Positions 38,872 through 51,918 of a stretch of 64,000 nucleotides of DNA are shown here, piece by piece. The translations under genes and the position numbers were made by a program. The notes beneath the pieces are model-generated. The model had not been told where the DNA came from. It saw only the letters and a program-made list of their open reading frames with translations, and ran no database searches. The stretch is from Phoronis australis (lineage: Eukaryota; Animalia; Phoronida): NCBI GenBank assembly GCA_002633005.1, contig NMRA01000418.1, positions 79,330 through 143,329 on the forward strand, read 5' to 3'. The first letter of the stretch is position 1. Each line of letters starts with the position of its first letter.

Positions 38872-41800
38872 CGTAGTGCGTAGTTATATTTGTACTCAAT
38901 ACTTATTTCTTCCACTAGTGAGTACTAGAGAACAGTGCGATTTAAACCCTTCCTAGACAACCTCTCGCAGCAGTTGACGACCAGATGTAGTAAAATACAC
39001 GTATGAGCAACCACTGGGCATTAAAAAGTGTCTAGAGAGTCTAGAGAGAAGTTTTCAATTCAAAATTTTTGCATACTACGCTTTAGGTCTCGCGACGGAC
39101 CAGTCCAGCTTGATTTGTGTATATATTGAGTTTCAGTGTACATGTGGTCCATCGGCGAACTAGTCTTGTGATGTTTTTTTACCAAACTATGCTTTTTAAA
39201 ACTATTTGTCTCAGCCAGTAGGCCTAATGTTTGGTCCCGCCGCGACAGATCGACTATTTTTATAGGGATAATAAGCACGGGTGCACTTTTGGTCTCGTGA
39301 AAGACCAGGCCAGCCTTTTTGTGTACTCTCAGTGTACATCTGCATGGTCCCTCTGCGAACTCAGTGGTCCTGTATATCTTTTCACCACCATGAACATCAT
39401 GTTTTGGTTTCGTGAAACTGTTTTCAGATGATTTGTTTCCTGATACATTTGACGTTTTTCAATTGTTGTCAACGTGATTCAGCTTAATAAAGTGATACAT
39501 TTAAGTATCACTTTTTAAGCAATTAAAATTGCTTATTGTCGCTTTTTTCAATAGACTATGAGCTGAGAGCACCATCGTTCGCCAGTTTTTCTCGTAACGA
39601 AACTAAACACATGTTTATTTCCGGACTAACAGAACAGGTTTTCGTCCTTAAACAACTTGAGGTTGCTGTTACGCGATCATCTGATATTCAATTTTTACGC
39701 CCCGTCGGCGCTCCTTATGCTCTTGAATATTTGGTAGTTGTCTAAACCCCACACTTTTTCGTATACGACTTTTCGTATGCTAAAAAGGTGTGTGCAAGCA
39801 GATGTTCTAATAAAATTTTTTGCTGCTGGCGTGACTCATACGCAGATGTGCACAAATATGGTTTCATGAAACTTATGAGCCCCGTTCATGCGACGAAATC
39901 GAGAAGGGTTTTAAATTATCTTAAGAAAAACTCAAGAGACATGTTAAGTACCAGAAACTTACCAGGATGCATAAAAATTTTACTTTGGCTACAAAAACAA
40001 AAAATTGTCTTACACCGGACGGGGAAAACTCCCCTCCCGACCTCCCCCCTCTCGGCGCCACGCGCCACGGATTCGACCTTTGCGGGAATCCTAACCCCCC
40101 CTTACTGAATACGTAGATACGCCACTGCGGGATCCATGAAGACGAAGTGCATGAGTAGCGAATTTGAGTGGAAAAGAAATCTTTGTGTCCGACGTTGAAA
40201 CAACTCTGTTTTAAAACCCCTTTGTTATAATTATTCTTAACATATAAGAAGTACGCCGATTTCTGTTAACTAGCGGTACCGTAACCTCAGCATAAAAATC
40301 GTCGGCGAATAGTTTTGAAATCTAGCGAAGAAATTTAAAAATATGCGATTTTTGAAAATCGTAAAATTCCCAGTTAATTCGTTTTCGGAAAGCCATGATG
40401 CCAAAGTGCGAATATAAGCGTCGACTGAACTTAGGTAAACTCAGACAAAACAGCTTCCTTGTACCAATGAGTTTCAACAGTTATAGCTCATTGGTCGTAA
40501 GTACTGTACCTTCGGTACAAATAGAACGTATAATCTGGTTCTGTCTTGCGGAATATCTTCATGAAATCTCGAGCTTCGCAAAACCACTCTGGAGGATGGG
40601 CATGAGCTGTGTTCAACATCTCTCGTAGCGCTTTTTATTGCCCATCTTTCCACAGATTATTATTTTATCTTTATGTTATTTGTACACTCATATTTCTGGA
40701 CCTTATCAGTCATAATAAATGATCGTATATCGCCTATACACGGTCTCCTTTGTAGCTCTGGAAACGGAGCTTGCGACGCACCTATTAATTTCGGGACATA
40801 TTCCGAACATAAATGCTGTTTACATGCAGTTTTATTTCAAAGTTTCAACAGAACAGTGGATGCAACACTTGAATGAATATCAGCATCAACAGCAAATTAC
40901 AAGAAACCATCTAGAAAAAGACCTAACAATAACATTTCAAGCGAAGCCAACATAATGAAAAAAAATACCCGAAAACCTAGAAGAATAACAAGCAAAACAC
41001 TGAGAGTAAATTGTTATAACAATTAACATGTTCATCAAACAAGTAACATTTGAACATCATAACAACAAATTACAACACGGATGTGAAATACCAGGTTCAT
41101 TAGTTTCTCAAAGCACTACGTATTTTCCTCAACACTAGAATTAACCATACAGTTTTAGCAATGGATTACTTTATTGTGTTCTTTTGCGAGGTTTGCGGTA
41201 AAGTAATACCACAAATCAGATGGAATGTCCAAATGACTAACAAGCAAAATAAACAGAGTGAATCTCAAAAACAACACCTTCATCAAACAACAAGAGCAAC
41301 GCAGAGCGTTGAAATGCGCCCACAATTGCACCGTATACGGTATCCTTCCATGGTTGTTTATTGGCACCATAAAGTGGCCAGTAGAGGGCATATATGTAGT
41401 ATGTTGTAATTTGTAAAATGGATAGGCATGGTCATTGTCTAGCTCCTCGATAGGCTAGGGGCAAAATGTGAGTGATCTTCATAATACAAGCACATCCTAT
41501 ACATCAGATGCTTAAAGCATCACAGAAACATAGAATTAAAAACAAATTTACCAACATACGAGATTAGCACAGCATTAGAATGCCAGAAACAAATTTCTAC
41601 TTGGAACTTTTCCTTCATAGTCACGAAGTAACACAAAGTATACACCTGAAGACCTATGAAAATACATAGGTCAATGTAAAATACTAAAATTGCCACTGGA
41701 GGCATACCGGTAGTCAGAATCATCCTAAAGTCGTCATCGTCCGTGGTCAAAATCACATAAATACGCTTGCTAAATTTAGTAAAGATCCGGCAAACGGTTT

Positions 41801-43484
41801 GGGACATACAGCCATGTGCGCAAAAAAAACTGCCACTAGGAGGCGCCACAGTAATCCAAGTAATGGGAAATTCAGCGTCAACCGTCCTCTTCATAGTAAG
41901 AACATACATGCCAATTTTCACAATCATACTTAGAGCGGTTTGGTTGATAGAGGGGTGGACGCCAAAAAAAAACAGACTCAAAAACAGTAAAAATGGCCAC
42001 TGGGTGTCGCAAACTAGATCAAATCTATCCGAAAACAAGAGGATAGCGTCATCGCATTAATAGGTGCCTACATACCAAATTTCATGAAAATCCGTTAAGG
42101 ACTTGTGAAGATAGAGAGGTAAACGTAAAGAAATAAAATTGCCACTAGGGGGCACACTGGTAGGCGGATCCGTCCAAAAGTCGTCATCGTCTGTCGTTCA
42201 AAAACACCATATAAATACACTCATTAAATTTCGTAAAGATCNAATTTTAGTTTGCACCTAATGACCTTTGACCTATTTCACCTGATTGGATGACCCGATT
42301 ACTTAGAAAAGTAATTTTTAAATTGTCATGCTGACTTATACCTGTGCACCGAATTTGAAAAAAATAGCTTTAAAACTGAAGGAGGAGTAGCATTTTGAAA
42401 ATTACATGACTTTTGCACCAAACGACCTCTTCCAGTGCAATATGGAATATGGTTATATAACCAATCAAAATTTATATACTGTCAAAAGTCATATGCTGAA
42501 TTTAAAGACCGTACCTGCACCCAATTTGGAGTTATTAAGCCTCAAAGTTGGTCGGAAGAAGAATAAGAATAAGAATAAGAATAAGAATAAAATTGAAGAA
42601 AACCCAGGAACAACAGTACTCTGTGCTTACACGCGCAGAGTAATAAGAATAAAATTGAAGAAAACCCAGGAACAACAGGACTCTGCGCTCACAAGCGCAG
42701 AGTAATTAACATGTTCATCAAACAAGTAACATTTGAACATCATAACAACAAATTACAACACGGATGTGAAAAATGCAGGTTCATGAAAAACAAACGTTAG
42801 TTTCTCAAAGCACTACGTATTTTCCTCAACACTAGAATTGACCATACAGTTTTAGCAAAGGAGTACTTTATTGTGCGCTTTTGCGAGGTTTGCGGTAATG
42901 TAATGCCACAAATCAGATGGAATGTCCAAATGACTAACAAGCAAAATAAACAGAGTGAATCTCAAAAACAACACCTTCATCAAACAAAAAATGAACGAAC
43001 AATAACAATTAACAATCATCAAACAAATAATAAATGAACATATATGAATTTTTCATGTGGAACACAATACGGTTCAACGAAAAATAGACGTTAGGTTCTA
43101 AAAACAATAGGTATATAGCTGAGCACTAGAAAATGATGCCGTTTTAACATTAAAGTAGTTCATTGTCTGCCTCCGCTACGGTTGCCCACTATAAATCAGT
43201 TGAAAATCCCAAAGAAGTAACAAGCAAAAGTCAGTAAAATAACAATTAATTAATAACAATCAAGTAGCCATTGAAAATCGTCAGGCATGTAAAAATAAAA
43301 TGTGATTCATGAAAAACAAATTTTAAGTTATCAAGTCAACAAGCAACTAGATCACTGCGGAGAATTGAAAAAATAATGTTTTAGCTTTGGAGTTCATTGT
43401 TTACTGCCTTTGGGGTGTAGAAAATCAGCTGGAATGTTCAACATAAAAACTGGCACAGGGCTTGTCTTTGATGATTTCAAAGCT

Positions 43485-43567
43485 TTAAAAGGGGGTGATC
43501 ATCGCCATCACACCAAACGCTGCCCCAAGTAGGATTCTGTTTGGAACATCGTCGCACCCAACCGACA
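43485..43567 (-). CDS. Gene B terminal exon, GPI-anchor-signal-like hydrophobic tail
   Basis: ctctttttgcag acceptor; phase 1 reads VSVGCDDVPNRILLGAAFGVMAMITPF-TAA: small residues, a polar spacer, then a hydrophobic end with no cytoplasmic tail. Confidence 0.68.
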
Positions 43568-46289
43568 CTGCAAAAAGAGGTCAGTAGCATGTACACTTAT
43601 TTTAAGATTTTTAATAAAATAGCTGAAAACAGAACAACGGTAAACCTCACACTGTAATCAATATTCTTAAAACGACTTCAATCTCGCCAGCCCTCTCAAT
43701 ACGATGCACATTACAGAACAGGGTGGGTTATGTCAGCTTCTTAAAAACCCAACTCTGTTTGAGGAAGACATTGAAGTGGTATTCATGTGAATCACTTGCA
43801 GTAAACTGAAATTAACACAGGATTATCAAAGATGGAAACATTTTTTGAAGAAACCCAGGGGTTGAGCAAACTCAGAAGAAAAATGCACCTAATGACCCCA
43901 TGGGTGCACTAAATGACCTGATAATTTGAAATTCAAACTCAATCACATTTACTAAAAATATATGTAATTTTGAATTCTCTAGCTCAAACCTATTTTTCTG
44001 ATTGGTTAGGCCTATTGCATAGTAAAGTAGAACGTTCGATTGGCATGGTGATTTACACCAGTGTCCTGAACCTGAAAAGAATTCCTTGAAAAATGTAGGA
44101 GATATAACATTTTGATCGTTAGATGACCTTTGCACTAATTGACCCTATATGGTGCATTCTAAGCGTCTAGGGGAATCACTGTAAAGGCCGAGAAAAGCGT
44201 GTTTAATGCAGAGAATCAGTTGTCTAACAGTTGACACATCAGAATACTTGGTGAATGAAAAGGTCAAATTTTCAGAACAAAAATGCACCTAATGACCCCA
44301 TGTTTGCACTAAATGACCTGAAACTTTGAATTAGACTGTATAGTACCTGTGCTTATCAGACCTGTGAATTTGAAGTGTTTAGGTCAAAATCTTAGTTTGC
44401 ACCTAATGACCTTTGACCTGTTTAACCTGATTGGATGACTCAATTACTTAGAAAAGTAATTTCTTAATTTGCCTTATTGACTTATACCTCTGTACCAAAT
44501 TTGAAAAGAATAGGTTTTAAAATAAAGAAGGAGTAGTATTTTGACCTTTGCATCAAATGACCTCTTCCGGTGCAATATGGAATATGATTACATGTATATA
44601 ATGAATCAAAATTTATGTACTGTCAAAAATGATATGCTGAATTTAAAGAACGTAGCTGCACCAAGTTTGGAGATATAAGGCCTCTAAATTGGTTGGAAGA
44701 AGAATAAGAATAAGAAGAATGAGAATTAGAAGAATAAGAATAAGAAGAATAAGAATGAGAATAAAATTGAAGAAAACCCAGGAACAACAATACTCTGCAC
44801 TTGCACGCGAAGAGTAAATATGCAAAGGTGAACCTGCACCTGTACACTCTGAAGTGCATGTAATCTGAATGCTTATCATTTCTGACTTAAGATTTTCAAT
44901 TTCCTTATAATAGTTCCATGGCAAAAATGGTGGACACGAAGCCAAATGTCATTTTAAAGGACCAAACAGCTATTGTAGGGAATGCGCACAACACCCAGAC
45001 TGTGGCAGTACGACGCCCGTGAATGGTTGCCGCAGTGCGCCATTATTTTAATTAATATCTTATATCAATCCAAATTATCTTACACAATTCATTAATGTCA
45101 ACCATATTTTATTGATATCATATATAAACAAGAATAACCTGATCCACCACTATTCAATTCATAATTGACATCAATCGTATTTATGTCTGGCATAAGTCAG
45201 CAAATGAAAATCATTGACACATTCATTGCTTTATTTGAATAGCCCACATTATGTACACTGTTAATGCTTTCAATGTTGACGCTCTTCTACCTTCGCCTAA
45301 ATTAAATATTGTTAATGGCATCAAAGCACTATAAACAGCATAAATGAACTGTTTAATGCAATAAATTAACCTTTACTGGTGTTAATCAATTATTTACAAG
45401 TAAATAACTTTTAACTGCATAATTTAATTATTTGCAGAGCAAATCTATTGTGGGACAAATGAGTGAAAATGGTAGGCACGTAAATTAACTTCAAGCTAAT
45501 GTCATTAAAAATACATTTGTGACGCAAGTAATCAACTCATGATGCAAAGAATGACATTCAGCTTCAAGAATTGATGCGTTAGTAATTAATTTTCGACGTT
45601 ATAAGTTAATTTGTGCCGCAAATAATTTATATAGGTGTGAAAGTGCAAATAAGGAATTCGTCCAATGAAAAGTTAATTGACGGTGTTTCTGAGAATTAAT
45701 TTTTGCACAATTTATGTGGCCAACGATATTCTTCAACTCTCTCACATTTGTCCAAAGCCTCATTTCTGCAACACCGAGTGCATGGCAAGCTATTCTGAGT
45801 CAGTTATCATCTTCAAAGGGTCACCAATAATGTCAATAATGTTTTATGGTTACAGGCAAGTCTGATATGCAGATTTGTCAAGCAAAGACGGGCTTATGTG
45901 TAGCCACAACATCTAAGCATTGACTCATTTTCAGGACGTGCATTTTATACTGGTCAAAAGTTCAAACCGTCAAAATTACACAATCATGTTTTGTTGCGAC
46001 ATGCTGTCATGAGTGGAGCATTTTAAAAACAATAATAAACTTTCACTGATACGTTGTCAAAATTCTATTTCGTGTTACGCTACCTCTTCTTATTTCATAG
46101 CATACACGAGGAGACTGAAAATATATATATAGTTAAAGGTGGTAAAACAGCAAAATAATATCGAGAGATGAAGTCAATCTCTTTTCAAAACGATTAGTCA
46201 ACCAGACAAAATTTTAAATCAATCTTGATGCTGAAGTCGCCTTTTAAAAAAGCAAACAACACATCATACCACGCAAAACTTTCACTAAC

Positions 46290-46334
46290 CACTGTTTGGG
46301 GTGTGGGGACTGTTGCTAAGCTCATCATTCTGAA
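46290..46334 (-). CDS. Gene B penultimate exon VQNDELSNSPHTPNS
   Basis: tatcttag acceptor, G|gttagt donor, 45 nt, phase 1-1, open in the required frame. Confidence 0.55.
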
Positions 46335-46937
46335 CTAAGATAATTATTAAAATCTCAAATAGCCTTGTTTCTGCGAGACACGGATGTACTGTGTATGAAA
46401 AAGAAGTGAAAGTATGAAATGAGGAAGAATATCTCAAAATTTGAAAATAAAAACCAAAATGAAACATGTTTCTGTAACATAATTGATACAGATTATATTG
46501 TCATCGTATCGACAAATACAGCAGTTTAAGAGAACACATTTTGCACTCAATTCATCAGAGTAAAAACAAATGGAAACACATCCACTTAATGTAAATAGAC
46601 CTTCAGAAGAAAGGCTCTTCAGAGAATAAGTCGTTCAGCGTTAGGGCATGATACAATTCCGATTTCCCATTTCCTTAAACCATTTGGAAAAATATATTAG
46701 AAAATGTCATAATAGTCTGAAAACTGTCCTAAAACAACGAGACACGCCTTACACGCATGTCTGTTGGTATCCATAAAAGTGACCACAGGATAGTTGATCA
46801 AGAAACATTGAGTTCGTAAAAGATTTAGTTTGAACAAATCAAATGCATTACTAAGATAATGATATTAATCGTTCTTGTGAAATTGGCACATGTGTGAGCA
46901 CACTTAATTTTTGAACTAGAGCAAAACATCGACGTAC

Positions 46938-46973
46938 CTCCACCTTCTCCATTTCCAATTGGTTTAACGGTAT
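46938..46973 (-). CDS. Gene B stalk micro-exon 5 DTVKPIGNGEGG
   Basis: tttacag|ATACCGTTAAACCAATTGGAAATGGAGAAGGTGGAG|gtacgt; 36 nt. Confidence 0.7.
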
Positions 46974-47041
46974 CTGTAAACCATAATTTAGCTTTACATT
47001 AAATGTTCTTGTAAAAGTGGAGTTTCCACACAAATGGAAAC

Positions 47042-48732
47042 ACAAGAGCAACGCAGAGCGTTGAAATGCGCCCACAATTGCACCGCATACGGTATCCTTC
47101 TAGGGTTGTTTATTGGTACCATAAAGTGGCCAGTAGAGGGCATATATGTAGTATGTTGTACTTTGCAAAATGGAAAGGCATGGTCATTGTATCCTCAATA
47201 GGCTAGGGGCAAAATGTGAGTGATCTTCATAATACAAGCACATCCTATACATCAGTTGCTTAAAGCACCACAGAAACATAGAATTAAAAACAAATTTACC
47301 AACATACGAGATTAGCACAGCATTAGAATGCCAGAAACAAATTTCTACTTGGAACTTTTCCTTCATAGTCACAAAGTGACACAAAGTATACNGTCATTGT
47401 CTCCTCAATAGGCTAGGGGCAAAATGTGAGTGATCTTCATAATACAAGCACATCCTATACATCAGTTGCTTAAAGCACCACAGAAACATAGAATTAAAAA
47501 CAAATTTACCAACATACGAGATTAGCACAGCATTAGAATGCCAGAAACAAATTTCTACTTGGAACTTTTCCTTCATAGTCACAAAGTGACACAAAGTATA
47601 CACCTGAAGACCTATGAAAATACAGAGGTCAATGTAAAATACTAAAATTGCCACTAAAGGCATACCGGTAGTCAGAATCATCCTAAAGTCGTCATCGTCC
47701 GTTGTCAACATCACATAATTACACTTGCTAAATTTAGTAAACATCCTGCAAACGGTATGGGAGATACAGCCATGGGCACAAAAAAACTGCGACTAGGAGG
47801 TAATCAAAGTCATGGGAAATTCAGCGTCAACCGTCCTCTTCATAGTAAGAACATACATGCCAATTTTCACAATCATACTTATAGCGGTTTGGTTGATAGA
47901 GGGGTGGACGCCAAAAAACAGACTCAAAAACAGTAAAAATGGCCACTGGGTGTCGCAAACTAGGTCGAATCCATCCGAATACGAGAGGATAGCGTCATCG
48001 CACTATTAGGTGCCTACATACCAAATTTCATGAAAATCCGTTAAGGACTTGTGAAGATAGAGAGGTAAACGTAAAAAATAAAATTGCCACTGGGGGGCAC
48101 ACTGGTAGGCGGATCCGTCCAAAAGTCGTCATCGTCTGTTGTTAACATAATATAAATACACTTATTAAATTTCGTAAAGATCCTGCGAACAGTTTAGGAG
48201 ATACATCCATAGGCGCAAAAAAAAACTGCCACTAGGAGGTGCCACAGTGGTCGAAATCATCTGACAATCATCGTGAACTGTCCTCTACATAGCAAGAATA
48301 TAAATGCCAATTTTCACAATCATCCTTTGAGCGGTTTGGTTGATAGAGGGGTGGACGCACAAAACAGACTCGAAAACACTAAAAAATGGCCACTAGGTGG
48401 CGCAAACTATGTCGAATCCATCTGAAAACGGCAGCATAGCGTCATCTCACTAATGGGTGCCTACATACTAAATTTCATGAAAATCCGTTCAGGACTTTTG
48501 AAGATACAAAGGTAAGCGTAAAAAAAATTGCCACTGGGGGGGCACACCGGTAGTCGGATCCGTCCGAAAGTTCACACGTGCCGTCCCATTCATGAATGGA
48601 ACATATGTGCCAAATTTCATGAACGTATGTCAAAGGGTTTTGGAGATAAAGCAGCGGACGCCAGACGCCGCCCGGACGGACGGAGATGACGGCATAATGC
48701 GTTCACATCAGTATAAATATGTGGGCGCATAA
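47042..48732 (+). mobile_element. Helentron-associated (HINE/DINE-1-like) element, family 1, near full length
   Basis: ACAAGAG start, subterminal inverted ATGCGCCCAC ... GTGGGCGCAT, internal ~140-bp tandem units, GGAC microsatellite and terminal hairpin. Confidence 0.7.
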
Positions 48733-48942
48733 CAAGTGACAAAAAGTTAATGCGCGCCAATGAAACATGGAATTTTAAATCTAGTCTGCTCATAGTTGGT
48801 AAAATGAGCATACAGGGTACAGCTGACACCTATCTTGTGTTTAGAAGGACTATGGCACAAAATTCGAGTGGTCATGCCAAGGTGAAACTCACGCCAATCT
48901 CTATAAATCACATACCCACAGCAAAGGCTTTTCTGGGGTTAA

Positions 48943-50544
48943 AGTCCTTCTTGCAACCTGCCCATTTGGTTCAAGTATCCGAAAATACTTACTACATAAA
49001 TTCTTATTTTCGACACCCTTTCTTTATATTCTTTTCGCCTTTCTTGCCAAAAGCAATTTTTAACAGTATTTGACCCTTCTCTCTGAGCGTATGATTACCG
49101 GTTGTCATCGGTTATTTCCGTACCCACATTTCCGGCTCATCAGTTCAGGAACTTGTCCTGAACGCCGCCATTTTTTCCTTGTAACTGAATGTGCTATGGC
49201 TTGCTCGAAAAGTCTTCATTATTTTGTTTCATTAGTAATATATCGTGATTTGTTTGCATATGTAGTGTATTTATAGTTTGTAGTTAGTGGTTGTTGATTT
49301 TTTTTGGAATGTTACGCGTACTTAGTATGTTAAAATAGCATTGGTGTTTAGTTCCTTACGTAGGCGGGTCAAACCTAGGAACCAATGGGTCGAACCAATT
49401 TTTTTCGGTTTTATTTTTTTTCCTCGTTTTGAAAAAGTACTTTGCTATCATCGGAAAGGTAGTACATTCTACTCAGTAAAAATCGAAAAAGTATCAAAAT
49501 CGGGGCAAGCACTGTAAAGCCATTGCAAGTTTTGTGGCGAAATTTGGGTCACTTTGTTTTGATCGCGTCGGCCATATTGGAGGACAGCGGGATGAATTAC
49601 GAGTTTAAAACATTGTGTAAATTGTTTTCGCCAACAAATTACGGTGAAATTTAGTTAGACATATCTTTACTTACTATTCTGTACAATTTAGCAGTGTTCA
49701 CCAAATTTCAGCCTCGCAGTTGTTACTCATTAAGTGATAAATGTGCTCACAATTCCCGTTTGACTTTTGGACTTCGTCTCATTTCTGGCGGCACCGACAA
49801 TGGCGTTTTGCTGAACAGAAAGGCATGTTCAATCGGCTACTTTGTAATTTGTGAAGATTTAACGTTGATACATTTTGACAAACGTTGCTACAAAAAAGAA
49901 ACTTTGTTCAATTTTTGTGTTTTTGTGTTTGTGGCCAGCGACCAGTTAGGCCTAAGTGTAGTCTTGGCACAAAGCTGTATAGGCCCACTATCAAGCTGTA
50001 TTTTGACTATAGTCTTCAATGGTAGCTGCTGACTGAGGCTAACTAAGGTCTGCCGCGGCAGTGTGATACAGGACTGAAACTACCCTTGAACATATGCAGC
50101 ATTTATCATTTGACCATTTTACTTCGACAAAACAGCTTGCAACCGCATGCATTTACCGTTCGCCAGTGTCTGGTCTCGATCCGCACCGGTTCCGATAGGC
50201 TGCGGTCCCCAGTCTGGCAAAATAATTTCTGTCAAAATTTATTCGCATGATTTCTTCAGAAAATTCCATAAAATTGTCCGTATTTTGATTTTATCAAAAT
50301 TAAGGCACTGCTCGAGTCGCACTGACGGCGTTTTCTTGGTCTGGGTTCCTGAATGAATTGTACTTCCGGGTTCGCGGCAAGTTCAAAATGGCGGTGTTTC
50401 TTCGGGTGCAAATCGTGAGTGGCACGTTCATTTAAACTGTTTTCAAGTACGGATCGTGTATTGGTTATGGGGTAGGTACTTCTTGGATCCTTATAACATC
50501 TTCTAACCTTGTAATAAGGATTAACAACGCGTGAGAGAAGGACT
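48943..50544 (-). mobile_element. Non-autonomous Kolobok-type element, second copy
   Basis: TTAA|AGTCCTTCT ... AGAAGGACT|TTAA; reverse complement of 29275-30836 with a ~100-bp internal insertion. Confidence 0.88.
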
Positions 50545-50772
50545 TTAAGGTTCTTGATCATGCCAAACTTAATCAGTGAGACTATTCTCATACAGGCCCC
50601 TGAATGCTGGGATGTCATTCAATAGGAAAGTTTGAACATACATGCTTTCCCAGAATTTCTTACTTCTCACTTTGTCAAACATTCTTTTAAAAGCGACACA
50701 TGGTCAGCCTACATTTATGATCTGTGTTCAGTGATCAAAGTTGATTTTGAGAAAGAGAAAAAAATTTCATAC

Positions 50773-50808
50773 CTCCACCTTTTCCATTTTCTGTTGGCTT
50801 AACGGTAT
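50773..50808 (-). CDS. Gene B stalk micro-exon 4 DTVKPTENGKGG
   Basis: atttacag|ATACCGTTAAGCCAACAGAAAATGGAAAAGGTGGAG|gtatga; 36 nt. Confidence 0.7.
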
Positions 50809-51649
50809 CTGTAAATCATAATTTAGTTGCACCATCAATATTTTTATACAATGTACGTATCCATACTTCGAAGTTGACGCTCAACAGAAATGAAAATGCA
50901 ATTGGTGAAATTTTGTATTCAGTGTACAGGTATGTCTGCTTTTCTAATTTATACTAAACAGAAAGAAATGATACTAAAATTTAGTGGCAAAGGAGTTCAG
51001 CAATTTTTGTTATTTTAGTACCAAAAAACTTGTTCATCAGTAGTTAGAGCAGCCAGGACTTTGAATCATAACAATTGTCTGACATAGTCATAGCGCCACC
51101 ATGTGGATTAGGTTCTAAAAGTACGCATTGTAACAAATTCCGTGATGGAGCAGGAGTACTTTCGACCAAATGATGATCTAACAAAATGTGTTAACAGAGC
51201 AGTCCTACACCAAATGAATTAAAAAATGCCAAATAAGAAAATGAATATGCTTTCACAAGGTGCAAATGAAATAAAAATCCCCATTCATGCATAATTCTAT
51301 TATGTAATTGAAATTTCTTTTGTTTTTGGAGTACATGCGCTTATACATGTATTAGCGGAAAATCAATAAAAGACAGTTATGATACTTGGCGTTTCCCAAA
51401 CGAAGTGTACAATTCTGTTTTCTCCAATCCTTGCAACATTTCTCCAACATTTGGAAGACTATATGTTTTCAGCAATGTCTTATAGTTTGAACATACGGAC
51501 CCATTAGTAGTTCGTACAAGGGGATTTGCAGTTTCGAAGAAAGACTTGAATTGCGTTAATAGGAGCTGATGCTGTTCATGCTAGAAATGAAAGAGGGGTA
51601 TTGTCTGTCTAATGATAAGTTTTTAAATTTGAGAAAAATATTGACATAC

Positions 51650-51685
51650 CTCCACCTTCTCCACTTCCAGTTGGCTTAATAGTGT
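51650..51685 (-). CDS. Gene B stalk micro-exon 3 DTIKPTGSGEGG
   Basis: aatttgcag acceptor, GAG|gtatgt donor, 36 nt. Confidence 0.7.
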
Positions 51686-51882
51686 CTGCAAATTATAATT
51701 AAGTTTTATATTAAGTATTCATGTCTTTAATAAGACAAATTTGGTGCACAACAAATGCGCCACTAGGTGGCACGAAATATGCCGAATTCATGTGAAAATA
51801 GCAAAATGTCAATGTTTCTTTAATGGAAAGGTAATGTCTGCCTAATATTAAGTTTCTAAATTGGAGAAAAATAATGACATAC

Positions 51883-51918
51883 CTCCACCTTCTCCACTTC
51901 CAGTTGGCTTAATAGTTT
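51883..51918 (-). CDS. Gene B stalk micro-exon 2 ETIKPTGSGEGG
   Basis: aatttgcag acceptor, GAG|gtatgt donor, 36 nt. Confidence 0.7.

Larger units (their letters stand above)
34040..40127 (+). mobile_element. hAT-superfamily deletion derivative (outer copy) with nested insertions
   Basis: CAGTGGCGGATCTACG ... CGTAGATACGCCACTG ends with flanks CAGGA/CGGGA (5-bp TSD, one mismatch). Transposase relic at ~37500-37720. Confidence 0.8.

Noticed and set aside
41021-42988. ~270-bp direct repeats flanking HINE elements (apparent giant TSD)
   Set aside because: A single-N join at 42242 lies between them, so they are probably two haplotypes with different insertions stitched together.
44623-44945. ORFs with poly-ILL or SYS runs (transmembrane-like)
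   Set aside because: Reverse-strand translation of the (AAGAAT)n microsatellite of a HINE-like repeat.
47183-47600. ~210-bp exact tandem duplication
   Set aside because: The copies abut a single N at 47392, typical of a contig-overlap artefact.
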